The notes under the pieces are model-generated. The model worked only from the letters and a program-made list of their open reading frames with translations, made no database searches and was not told the DNA's origin. The position numbers were made by a program, and so were the translations under genes. A stretch of DNA of 62,004 nucleotides, the filler included, from Sphacelaria rigidula (lineage: Eukaryota), in NCBI GenBank assembly GCA_964200075.2. It is 4 parts of 4 records of this genome, joined end to end, with 100 filler letters (N's around TTAATTAATTAA, not from the genome) between each part and the next. Parts side by side here need not be neighbours in the genome. Positions count along the whole stretch, not along the records: positions 1 to 15,427 come from CAXNAA020001752.1; positions 15,528 to 30,953 come from CAXNAA020001753.1; 2 more parts are not named here. One strand, given 5' to 3'. Positions 12,712 to 24,725 of the stretch are shown one piece after another. Numbering within the stretch: position 1 is the first letter of the stretch; every line of letters starts with the position of its first letter.

Positions 12712-12806
12712 TCTGGTGGAGACCGTGCAGAACGAGAGAGCGCGAAGGCTGGGCGTGGATGCCAGAGATGATTTCGAGTCCCGGATTTCCGAATTTGAGC
12801 ACGGTG
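12712..12806 (+). CDS. GBP-family GTPase, exon 4 (start of helical domain)
   Basis: gcag|(S)LVETVQNERARRLGVDARDDFESRISEFEHG|gtgagt. The phase-2 acceptor matches the donor at 6610. Confidence 0.7.
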
Positions 12807-13055
12807 GTGAGTTCGGACGCAAGGTCGTGATGCTCCACGAATCCACTGATATGCCATGAGCTACAAAACAAGATCGCTCCGGCGGTCCTCATGAAATATC
12901 CCATTTTTGCGGTTTCAGATAGCACAGCTGCATCCTGCATCTTTTTGCGTATAAATGTTGGGATCTAAAAGCGATGTGCGGTACAACTTGTGACGGTTCA
13001 ACGAAATTGTGAGCCATGCAACTTTTCGCTGTAGATCTTTTGATTGCGTAAGGTC

Positions 13056-13282
13056 TGTAATGCGTGAGAGGACCGCGTGCTTAGAGGACCGCGTGCTTAG
13101 AGGACCGCGCAGTTTTTCAAAACACCTCAGGATCGACGTTTTTCAAAACCAATCGGGTCAGTCCCTGGAGGTACCACGCCGCTGACCTCAACCCCAACCC
13201 CAACACTAACCCTAACACTAACCATAGGGATGTTCAAATTCCGATGCGGTCCTCTAAGCACGCGGTCCTCTCACGCATTACA
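13056..13282 (+). mobile_element. TGT..ACA MITE, copy 7
   Basis: Near-consensus TIRs with an extra gaggaccgcgtgctta unit; no clear TSD. Confidence 0.9.
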
Positions 13283-13674
13283 GTGTTGACACAGTGTCCT
13301 TGCCAGAGGGATATGCGCGCCTGATTGACACTGCTCTGTCCCACCTCTAGCACCGCGGCACGGCCTTGAACAGGAATAGTAGCGATGAAACAAATCTCTC
13401 CTCGAGGGTAAGTCCGGCTTTACACCCGCCGAAAAGACCCTCCCCACGCCGTACCGACAAAACCGGTCGTGACCTTGATTGGTGGACGGGGCTGAAGATT
13501 ACCCTCTACTCTGTAGGCTTGAGCCCGGAAGGCACTTTGATTCTGAAGTTGAGAAAACGCTTTGCTTCAGCTCTTCCATTTTTTTTAGGGTCATTTACAT
13601 CGTTTCAGCCGTTTCAACCGGGTACTGCAGGGCACCAGCCGAGGAATATGTGTAGGTCAAACCGCTTAGACCCC

Positions 13675-13873
13675 TGTAGTGCATGAAAGGACCGCGTGCT
13701 TGGAGGACCGCATCGGAATTTGAACATCCCTATGGTCAGGGTTGTTGTTGGGGTTAGGTTACGGGGCGTGGTCCCTGCAGGGGCTGGCCCGATCGGTTTT
13801 GAAAAACGTCGACCCTGACGTGTTTCGAACTACGATGCGATCCTCTGAGCACGTGGTCCTCTCACGCATTACA
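13675..13873 (-). mobile_element. TGT..ACA MITE, copy 8 (inverted)
   Basis: Same TIRs and core; TSD cccc/cccc. Confidence 0.88.
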
Positions 13874-14694
13874 CCCCCTGACGCACAGATCGCAAAGGTG
13901 ATACGACTGATCATCGGGTGGGCGTGTGGGAGCAGCCCGTGCTTCATGAACGCCGGCACCGTACACTAGCCGAACAGCGTCATGATATGTCGATAAAATA
14001 AGAGTTATAGCGACCCTTCCTTTTCCAGCCGCACATGAGAGCACACCCTGAACGAGGCAGGGGCGGCCAATCGGCTCCTCGAGAAGTCAACAAATATCCC
14101 TTCAAAACAAAACAATCAGATCTGACTCGTCCCCCGAGGAACAGTTGTACAATGTTTCGTTGCGTAACTCGAAAAGCTGATTTCAAACGGCCCATTTAAG
14201 CCCAAACGCGCAAAGAGAACGTCGGTAGCATACAAAAACCAAGTAAATAGGGTGGTTCTGCGTACTTCTGTATATATCCACGCGCAGACGGCCAATTGCT
14301 CACGCCGACCCTTGAAGGTTTCGCACGAGTACTCTGAGATATTTAGAGGGGCTGCACGACTTACGTCTTTCGACTTTTCTTCTCTTGTTGCCAGATATCC
14401 GAGGAACAGAACGGACGGTATAGGAAAAACGAGACTTCGTCTGTGACCACGGCTTCGAGGGATGGGACAAATAATATAACTGTTTTGAACGGACAGTAAC
14501 CATGCCGTGCATCATAGTTTTTATACTGTAATATATGAAGACCGGGATGCAGTTTTTCAGAAGTCAAACATCCAATTTTGCCACCATGTATGCTTGCAGA
14601 CAATCATATCGTCTATTTTGCGACCGGCAGCAATTGAGATGATTATCCTCCATGTTCCACCTCGGGCGCATCGTGGATGGGCCTGATCGTACAG

Positions 14695-14857
14695 CAGGGC
14701 CGCCGCCGTTGGCGCACCGTAACCGACGTAGGAAACCACAACAGAGCAAAAGAACCAATACTACCGAACGCGAGAAACTGTCATCTTTTGAGCGATATAT
14801 TTGCATCTACTGTCCTGCCTTGAACACAGCTCCCCAGTGGTGCCGTCAGTTGGACCG
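14695..14857 (+). CDS. Putative GBP exon 5
   Basis: Tandem acagcag acceptor, open frame AGPPPLAHRN...EREKLSSFERY...QLD, donor CG|gtgaac. Phases 1/2 fit the neighbours, but sequence similarity is weak. Confidence 0.4.
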
Positions 14858-15260
14858 GTGAACCTTCGTCCTGAAGCCCATGCCTCGTGTGAACTACGCG
14901 CCCTTCGCAGCTGGTCCTACCTTACACCCTGTTCGATTACTGATGAATGCGGGTGTTGAAGAAGAACTTTGTTTTATTTCTTTTGTGCAAAAAACGGGGC
15001 TCGTCAGTGTTTCCCCCAACCATGAAATGCACACAGACAACCTTCTTCCGATTTAAAAGCGGGCTCAAAGTCGTAAGCTACGCTCTCAACGTCACGAAAA
15101 CCTCACTGGAGGCGTTTCTACTGATATTTCGAGTATGGATCCCATCGCTCGTGTGGAACCACGCAAGGGTTCGTCTTGGCGAGAGGAATCCGAAGTGGGG
15201 GCTTTGAACTTGTTGATGGTTGTGACTGTTGACATTGTGTATCGTTCTGATTCATTGAAG

Positions 15261-15357
15261 GCTGGTGCCACTTGCTCAACACCACTTCAAACAGATCCAA
15301 GAGACTTTACTCGTGTTGGGATCACCGCTTTTGAGCACAGAGGAGAGCAATGCTACG
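15261..15357 (+). CDS. Putative GBP exon 6 (gene runs off contig)
   Basis: gaag|(R)LVPLAQHHFKQIQETLLVLGSPLLSTEESNAT|gtaggg. The phase-2 acceptor fits the previous candidate exon. Confidence 0.45.
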
Positions 15358-15427
15358 GTAGGGGTGCACTTGTTTCGTGAAACTTTGTCTGGTTCAGGGA
15401 CTCCTAACGATTCTAGACGCACGAGAA

Positions 15428-15527
15428 NNNNNNNNNNNNNNNNNNNNNNNNNNNNNNNNNNNNNNNNNNNNTTAATTAATTAANNNNNNNNNNNNNNNNN
15501 NNNNNNNNNNNNNNNNNNNNNNNNNNN
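15428..15527. other. Artificial contig-join spacer
   Basis: N44-TTAATTAATTAA-N44, stops in all six frames. Confidence 0.97.
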
Positions 15528-18500
15528 TGTAAGCAGTGTCTTGAGTGCGTGTGTGCGTGTTCCGTACAGGAGAATATAAAAGAGAAGCCGGCAACGTGCA
15601 GTGCAGACAGCCGAGGACCATCAGTTCTCTCTGCTTACAATGCGACGTGAAACGGACTTCATCAAAACGCGCAGCTTCGTACTGCCTGCAGTGTCCATGA
15701 GCGTGCACGCAACTCGGTTCGTACCACGCAGTTCCGTCACTGATCCTGACCATGAAAGAAGACGCCGAGTTCTCGCCAACAAAAATTAAACAAAGTATAC
15801 TCAATTACTGCAGTGTATGTATCCGTGGGCTTAACCCATGCTCTATGCTGCAGGGTTGCGGTGGAAGCTGAGAATGAGTCGGATGAAGTTTGCATGATGT
15901 CCTGTGAAGAGGTGTTATCTGGCATGTGCCGTGGTGGTCTGTATGATAAGAGTCAAGTGCCCCTTCGTGCCTTTCGACCGCATGTTTTCGATCGAAAATG
16001 ATTATTTTTTGTGTCAAATAGTTTTTCTTCGCGCGCCACTAATTATAATTTTGAGTTGAAGCCTTCTAGGAACATGAATGCAGTGGACCTATCAGATCGA
16101 CAAAAAATAATTCGACCGCACTTTTTCGATCGAAAAAAAAAGTACCAAGATACGCCCTCAACAGATCAATAGCAATGACGAGGGAAATCTAGGAAAAAAA
16201 GAAGATGAGGAGAACAACGGAAAGAAAAGGCCGGGCCTTGTTTTGGTGTATCATGTTCGGCTGACAGCCCGTGGAAGAAGTGCATACGAGTACAAAAGTG
16301 CTTTTGATGTCGCGATCGAACGTGTGGAACACCGGACAGTAGGGTACAACACAGTACGCTCCGTATACGATATAAATGACTGGTTGGCTACAGCACAGCA
16401 CATTGCAGTGAGCCACGGCTGCTCTTCTCCCGTCTATTTTGCACAGAACAGCCATCAAGCACTCCTGCATAAGGGAAGACTGGGCAAGTGCAATGTCGGA
16501 CGTACGTTATGAACACTTTTGCTCGATTCGACCTTTGCCGCCGGTTTGTCTCTCTGACCCATTCGACTATAAAGTAAAATGTCCAGGCGCATTATATTGG
16601 TTTTACATTCGAATCGCCCACTTACTACCAGCAGGACCCCTCAACTCACGTGACTTGCGTTTAAGACAGCGGCGCCCCTGTCGTTTTTCACATTTTTGCG
16701 TATGTCGGTCTATGCTCCACATAATGGAACCGGCGGCAAAAAGATTGACGTGACCCAAAACATCATTTCGAGAAAGCCATTTGGCGATTTACGACCGGTA
16801 ACTGCTCTGATTGGTGGCGGCTGGTGATGATCTGTCAACCACAGGGCGTAAATCGCCAAGAGACGGTACACTGCCTCAATCTTCAGTTCAGGCTTTAGTA
16901 GCTTTCCGCACCGTTTCCTTGCTTATGTCTGCTAAGGAACATTTCATGAAACTATTCTAGATTCACAACAGGAGCAAATCGCCAAATGATTTTTTAGGAT
17001 GGCTTTCGAGTTCCGCTAAGCCATCGACCGCCAGCGTGGGTCATCCGGGTCATGCAATGATTTTCCAAGCGAGAATAAGGCCGATTCCACAGATGTTCCC
17101 CATCCCGGCAGTCAAAGGAAAGAGAATGAGACCCTGAGATACCGTGGTACCGGTCCCGGGAAGAAAACCCCAAACAGGCCCCTGCTGCATAGCTCCAGGC
17201 AAGGAGGCCGTGCGAAACAGAACAGCAAAATGCAAACGGAATGAAGGAGTGGAAGAAGGAACAAAGCAGAAGATGAGGAAATCAAGATTAGTACGAGTAG
17301 AGGCATCTCAAACTCGAGGGTCGCGCTATATTTGACCGTATGACCGTAACATTCAGACACAAAACAGAACGGGAGTAGCAAGTTCTGGTGAGGAACATCT
17401 CAAAAGTTGCAAGCCCAAGAAAAATCAACAAGCCGTATCATCAGACCAACGTTTATGGCAGTCACCAAATCTCGATTTGTAAGGAGATCGGGGGACCTAA
17501 AATAGGGGAATCGAGATCGGGATGTCACGATTTGAAACGATTTGAAACGATTTTTCCGGGGGAAACTCGAGGTCCCCCCGAGTTTTAGGAGGGTGACGTG
17601 CGTACAATGACGTATGATGGTAGGGTAAGAGGCGTTCGATATTTTTGCAACCGCAGCAGTAGACAGTCTCGTGACAGCGCGCAGGGCGTGCCTGCCCGCG
17701 CCAGATGCTGGAGCAGCTTCGCACGGGGTTTCCTAAGCGGATAGTGAGTGTTGACGCCGTACCATGCGGCAATGGTGACATTTTATGTCGCACTGTGCTG
17801 CCGTATGTATCACCGTAACGAATGGTACTGTACTATCCTAGTCTGCTCGCGCTGTACGTGCAGGGTGATGTACGGCACTGCACTACTGGAATCATCTCGC
17901 ACACTGTTCACAGTTCTCGCAATACCGACTGTTGTTGTTGTTGTTGTTGTTGTTGTTGTCTTTGCATTCAAAACCGTTCCGTTATCTGCGCAGTACTCTG
18001 TACTAGGCATCTGATGCGGACGCCTTCCGCGGTCACAGGCTAACTACCCCAAGCTAGGGTAAAAGAAAAAGAATGACTGCGCCATCATGTATTACCACAC
18101 GGCATTTTCGTGTACTCTTATCCTGAAGTGTCCAGCACTGTATCACCTCAGCGTACCACGGTACGACCCTGTACTCGAACAAATTTTCACCGCCTGCCTG
18201 TTCTTCGGCTTCACTAGCACGCGGTACCACACTCATGCAGAAAATGACGGTCGGTTCACAGACCTGTTTCACAAATTCGTGAGACTGTAAAACGGTCCCC
18301 ACGTATCTGACTTTCGCAAATGTGAGACCCCCCGATTTTGCACAGATTGGAGTCAGAATCGACATTCATTCACATTAAAGTTGGTCTCAGACACGGGTAT
18401 TCGATTCCGTGCTACGGTTCAATGCCCTCGAGCGCTTGGTGTGGAGATGGCAAAAAGAGAAGGAACAAGTGCGCCGATTGTACTTTTCAGCCATGACTAG

Positions 18501-20535
18501 ATTTGTAACCACGACGAAATCACGGAGTGGGTGCAAACCCAAGCACACTATATTAGCAGCAGTAAATTGCGCTGGACAATGGGTACGTCACGATTCACCG
18601 TAGGGTTGCTAGACCTGAAATAGGTTTTAATGTCCACCCGGATCCCCTGCTGACCACGGCTGACCACTGGATTTGAACATGTCTATACATGAAACTCTGC
18701 TAAGGTCGAGAGGAGAGACTTGACGTTTTGTAACCAGAACATGTTGCTGCGGACAGTCTGTGCCCCGATCACCTCCGAAACCAAGTAGAAGTAGAACGAG
18801 GGCTGCGAAGGCCAGCAAATTTGCTGACGATTTGAGCTCTGATCACATAGTTTCATTGATCACCTAGATGAAGTGATGCCAGGCCTCTCGTAATAGAGCC
18901 CCTATGATCACTGGGAAACCTGAATTCATATAACGTTGTAGAGATGAAACATTTTGAAGTCAACACACGTTGCTAAAATCCAAACCAACTTTCAGCTTTC
19001 CCTCTTTGCATTCGAATGAAGATGTGGCAAGAGCTAGATTTCCCCCGATATTCTGAACTTGAATCACGTCGCTCTTTTGAACGCCTGAATGACGATGGCA
19101 TGAAACCTCTTGCCATAGCCCTCACGATCACCGGAGTCCATGGAGGCCCTTCAAGCTGTAAACGCTTGCTTGTCCGTGAATGTTATTGCAATTGACAACC
19201 CTGTGCCGCCATTATCTTGTGCCACGAGCTACACTCCTCGAAGATTTTGGACTTCAATCCTATCACTCCATCAGCCACCTGGATGAAGTGGCGTAGAATC
19301 TCTTACGGCAGATACTCCGCCTCACAAAGAGGACACAAAGCCTTGTACACTTCAAGACACTTGGGGTTGGGGTTAGGGTCAGGGTGGTTCGCTTCAGCGG
19401 GTGGTGTACGGTATATAAGTGCATTGACGATACCCCGCGGCCGTGGTCGTCGTCCACCCACTCAATTTGCCCCAAAGTTTAGTCACGAGACTTCCATTTA
19501 TCTATGCAACACATGGCGACTGTCCTCACAGTCACATGTGCTCGCTTGGTGATGTAGTATGATGCACTGAATCATGAATCATGGGTGAATTCCGATGATC
19601 TCAAACAGAAGTCTTGACGTGCGTCTCACCCAGTCGGAGGCGTGAATTGGCGCTTGGAAATCGAAGAAAGTGCTCATGCACAGCACTGGTGATTCCGATG
19701 GAAATTTGGGATCTTTTAAAAGGTGCCAAAACGTTCTCATGTTTTTGTCATCTGTGTCACACTCGTTGTGCTATTTGCGCCATAACTCAACGTTTTCTGT
19801 CACACCACGAACACCTCCTGTGTCGTGCTTCACGGCTCAAAACTACCTTGCGGAGAAAAGGCCCAACGCCCATCCCAGAGCACGTTGGCCGCAGCGGTGT
19901 GCGATGCATTATTGGATGGTGATTGATACCGAGAGCTTGACTCGCTCAAAACGTTGAGTGGTACACGAGTAGCACCCAGTAGGTGACTCACAAGCAGGGA
20001 TATCTGTTTCCTCAAAAGCACGGTACGGTACCCGCCTGTGGGCCTGCACCGGAACACCGCCTTGCGGATATGAATGTGTTTAATATCAATCTCCACTTCT
20101 GTATTGGCAAGACTGTTGATCGGGCAAAATAATATGTGTGACAGGTGCATTTGTACATCTGTTAATGAGCTTTTCAGCAACATGAGTTTAAACACCTTCG
20201 CTTCGTTTTGTCGGAAAATGAAGCTTGGAGAATTCGTCACCGGGCGATGTTATTTCCCGTTCAGGACATGCGGTAGTCCTGACTATTGACGCTGGGAGGT
20301 GCATACTCACGTCTGCCTTCGTTCATCCTCCTCACCTGCGAAAGGACACCGAACGAAAAGCTTTGAGCAAGCAGCCGAACGCACTCTTGACGTCACGCCT
20401 GCTTGAGCACTGGATATCTCGGTCTTCGCCCTGCCCTGGTCCAGGTACTTGACGAGCTGTTGACGAGCTGTGCTGTGATACTGATCGGTTATTGCAAACG
20501 CGACATGCATACCAACATGTTGTGGTACTTGGCAG

Positions 20536-20648
20536 GGCTATTTCTGGAGGACCATAACGACATCGCGGAGTGGCTGGACGTTGACTCAGGCGAGGATGAT
20601 GGAGATGAGGCATCTCCTCCGGACATGTTCGTCGTGGGTTTTCAGGAG
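20536..20648 (+). CDS. Inositol polyphosphate 5-phosphatase (IPPc/EEP family), exon
   Basis: gcag|GLFLEDHNDIAEWL...PPDMFVVGFQE|gtacat. The PDxxVxGFQE motif is diagnostic. Upstream exon(s) were not confidently found. Confidence 0.9.
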
Positions 20649-22803
20649 GTACATGAAGCTAAATGTCTCAGATCGGCCCCCAAATCGTCAGTGGTTGTAC
20701 CCAGAAAGTCGGAGCACTTTCCACAATAACGCTCGCCATAACGTGCCGGCAAAACACATGCGTTTGTATGCAGCAGAGTATGGTGTACTACGCTGTTAGT
20801 TCACGGAGTCTGTTGCACTTTGACCGTTGTTGCTATCGCTGTTCCTGTCGCTATTGCTATTTATGCAGAGGTCAGCAGTGGTGGAACCATGGCGCGCCGT
20901 ATACGTGCACCTTTGAACGCTACTACACCCCGTACTGCATGAAATTTCGTAGCACTTTCCAGTATGGTGGTGCCACTCCTGGGGCAGTTGAGTGTTGATT
21001 ACCTGCTGTGCGGCAGAAAATCTCTCTGGTATTGTGAATAGAGTATCAGTCAGTCACTCGGTCATTCGCAAGTCAGTCACGAGCAACTGTGACGTGGTGG
21101 GCCTGCGGTAAATCCGTCTGTTGATTCCCTCTGTGATGCGAGAGGTCAATTGTCACATGCATTGATGTCAGTATGCCCCCCACGAAGCTGATACCCCCCT
21201 TGACAGAATAAGGGGTAAGCACGATATAACTTGCCAGAGTCCAAAGAACAACATTGCGTGGAGGGCGTTGATAATGTTACAGTGTAGGTCGTTCGGGAAG
21301 CCTGTGATTGTGGCTTGTAAATTTGATGGCTGTTACACCGTTGAAGTTTAGAATGATACAAGGTTGTGAACATGAACACAGAACATTGTCACTGTACGGT
21401 GTCGACTATTCAAGGTTTGTTGGCAAAGTACTCGTAGCACACAAGAGCGGGCAAAAGACCTGCCGAACATGCTCGAAACTGCCAAAAGTTGCCGATCCGT
21501 GATTCTGTAGGAGTTATGGACACTGCACATCCTGTGCAACTATCCGTGACACTTGAGTCTTACTTGCTGGTAATGTGCGGGTCAAACTAGATACTTGCAA
21601 CTATCTAGACAACTAAATAGCGCTCAAACCGGTCTGGCTCCCGGTTTGCTGCGCGCAGTAGCGCATGAGATGGCGCACAATTTGCCTCCGTGACTATTAC
21701 CCGCGGTCGTATTATGAATATGTGTTTTCGTCTCCAGTTGCCAAGTAAATCGAAATTCTAGTGTATTAGTCGTCACGGGTAGTTTTACAGGGTGTGTAAC
21801 ATCGTGCTCTAGCTGCAGCGTCTGTCTCCTCCCCTGGAGGTCAAGTCTAGCCTATAATGAAGCAGCGAGGGGTCAGGCCTATGCTGTACTCCATACATGT
21901 CTATCTTGTGACCAAGTTTAAATTCGACGATCAATTACGCAATGAATCAATGAATCCTTATGTCTGGTGGTGCAAGTCTTCCGTTGTGGGATGACAACCT
22001 CTCTCTTTGTAGCGCGCTTTGACGTTCATGATTTCCATGTTCTGTACATGCGGCCTGGTGAAAGAGCAACAGGGAAAACCGTAGTAATAAGTCAAGCACG
22101 ATGACTGGCCACATGTATGGAGTGAGGGATTCAGTGGCAAGAAGTGTCGAAGTCGCAATCGTGCCGGGTACAGCACCAGAGCCAGCTGCAACTACGCCCC
22201 ATGCCATCAGCCCTTTGACGTAGGCTCGCTCCCGAAATATCGCGAAGTCACCTGTGTTCGTCTTGGTCTGAAATCTTGTATCCTTTTTTCTCATGAACTC
22301 AAATCGTACGTGAAGGGTTTAGTGTGACTGAACTGATTCTTCATAGTATGCAACTACATGCAATCACAATAGACAGAACCGGGGCATAACAATCCCGCCC
22401 ACTCCTCAATCTCCGCGGGACTACAAATAATCTATCCCTGGGGCAGACCGACTTCGTCTTGAATGAGGTGTTCATCTGTACAAGAGGATGGGGGAGTGTA
22501 CCTACCAGCAACCTATCCGTCACAGTCGATAGGGTTGGGGTTGGGGTTGGGGTTGGGGTTAGGGTAACGCTAGTTCGGTGCTCAATTCAACGGTCAGCGC
22601 ACATGCTCATGCAAGGTCAGCTTTACAGGGACTTGACGGTGCGACGGCAGGTCGCGCAGATGCATATCCTCTCCTACTGCTTGAGCGTTCATTGTTTGCT
22701 GTTTTTGACGCGGGTATGTGGTATAAAAAAGTTAAAGTCGACAACAGTATTTGCTAACTGCCTGAATTGTGCAAATGGTGGTGGTGGTGGGGCCCTGCGG
22801 TAG

Positions 22804-22923
22804 GTGGTGGAGCTGAGCGCTCAGAACGTGGTGATGGACAGCTTCCTGGACACGCAGAGCCGAGCCAACTCCCTCAAGTGGTTCACCGCGGTCTACGCCT
22901 ACCTCGCTAGATACGGTCAAAGG
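22804..22923 (+). CDS. Inositol polyphosphate 5-phosphatase, exon
   Basis: tag|VVELSAQNVVMDSFLDTQSRANSLKWFTAVYAYLARYGQR|gtaagt. Continues FQE-VVELSA in phase 0. Confidence 0.9.
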
Positions 22924-23632
22924 GTAAGTTGAGCTTCGCTGCTGCGAGCGGTGGTCACAAAATTTAGTGCATCAGTGCGTGACGTGTAAGCATTGTACAG
23001 TACTGTTCGACTTTCTTGTGTTCCTATTTTATTTTTCTTCATCGAGTGTATCAGTGTTGTTCTTCTTTGGTGCGTCTATCATGTGATCACGGCTGGATCC
23101 CTGAGGCGTCAGTTCAAGTGCGACAATCAATCAATTAATCATTCGATCAGTACACCAAGTACAGCGACGTCCTGCACATGGTGCATGCAGATCACTCGCA
23201 CATCAAATCCTGCTTCCGGCGTGGTTTGTAATCTCTCTTCAAGGCTAGTTTAGTGGGATGTGGGCGACGCTTGCTATACTCCCTGTGACAGACTATGTGT
23301 GTTTTGTGCACATGATGCGTAGTCCCTGTTCCCTGGGGGGGTTCGTGTGTCCGTATGCGTGACAGCGGCTAGGCTGCGGTCTGTTACGATTGCATCGCAA
23401 CAAACAATCGCCTGGCCTTTCCATTACCGCGTCGTAGTTATTTATTTTAGTCCCTGTTGTGCTACATGCCTTGCCACCTTAACTCAAATATGTCATTAGT
23501 GCAGGCAGGTGCTGGTGCACCCTGAAGGTGCCTACCAGCAGGTCTGGAGCACGTGGGTAGCAGAATGATAAGCTACTCATCCCGTCATTCTTGACTTGAA
23601 TGTATGTTTTCCCCTCTCTGAACTGGGCGCAG

Positions 23633-23761
23633 CACGGCATGCGGTACGTGATGGTGAGCGAGCAACGACTGCTGGGTATTTACGTGCTCGTCATGGCTTC
23701 GGTGGAATTGAGTCAGAAAATCAGACATGTCCAGAGTGAGGTTGTTCCAACAGGGCTTCGG
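23633..23761 (+). CDS. Inositol polyphosphate 5-phosphatase, exon
   Basis: gcag|HGMRYVMVSEQRLLGIYVLVMASVELSQKIRHVQSEVVPTGLR|gtgagc. Typical Y..V...QLVGI...V.TG segment. Confidence 0.9.
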
Positions 23762-24470
23762 GTGAGCGACCGTTTCCTTCCCCTGGACTAGGTGCATTTC
23801 CTTGCCTTGGCCAACTTGGCTTTCCCTTGGTCTTTCATGCCGTGCTTTCCCGATACGTTTGTGTTGTCGTGATGGTGACTTGTGTCGGGATGAGGTTACA
23901 TGTGCTGTTCATTGCTTACGTTGGTTAGGTGTTGCTGGTATGAATCCGCATAACACTTTGTTTCTTCATGTCATACAGGCTGGTTCACCCGAAAGACCCA
24001 AAATTGTGTCATTAGCAAATGCCTTCCGCAATACGCACCCAATAATCGCATACATGGTATCATACTGACCGCAATGGACAGACGGAGAGGGTGACATAGC
24101 CGGATTTTTGTTCAAGATTAAAGCGGTGGCGCTATGGACAAAAATGTGTCTCGACCAATTAGCGCATTTCAAACTGTTCCGAAATTTAAATCACGAATTC
24201 CAAGCCCAATTTCCATCGAATCCCCACATGCTTGAAATTGTATTGACCGTCATCACCTCAGAAATCTAACGGGAGAAACATATTTAAAAACGTTTCCAGC
24301 GGAGTCGAATTATACCCGAAACCGTAATGTTTCGGTGAGGTGGAATTTTGGCGTCGTCTAATTTCCACTCAAGATACTTACAAAGGACGCAGGGAGCCTC
24401 GTGACGATTTCCCTTACATCTGTTGTGGAAAGGCTCAGATCATACTCATACTTGGCAGTTCCGTAGGTAT

Positions 24471-24725
24471 TGATTCTTCAAATGAAAAAAGTTCTGTTCT
24501 TGGCAAGGTTTCGAAGTTTCTCTGTTCTCTCCCGGCTTGCAGGGGTCTTTGTACTGGGACCCCCGGAGGGGGGGGCGTACTCATTTTTTGCTTGCCTTAG
24601 TCATTTGACAAATGAGTACGCCCCCCCCTCCGGGGGTCCCAGTACAAAGACCCCCGCAAGCCGGGAGAGAACAGAGAAACTTCGAAACCTTGCCAAGAAC
24701 AGAACTTTTTTCATTTGAAGAATCA
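24471..24725. repeat. Near-perfect intronic hairpin (116-bp arms, 23-nt loop)
   Basis: 24471-24586 is the reverse complement of 24610-24725 with one mismatch found. Confidence 0.95.

Noticed and set aside
1348-13969. Recurring small ORFs (MRERTACLEDR..., PNPNTNPNP) as a peptide family
   Set aside because: They are incidental frames of the MITE copies and are not conserved in frame.
15853-17743. Possible upstream exons of the 5-phosphatase (~15853-15910, ~16268-16343, ~17705-17743)
   Set aside because: Splice-like signals exist, but I could not find the expected TWN motif or a consistent phase chain.
18650-19340. Harbinger transposase relic
   Set aside because: There is only a faint HLDE...LRLTK resemblance amid many stops, which is not supportable without a search.
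22531-22565. True chromosome end
   Set aside because: It is a short, degenerate tract inside an intron.
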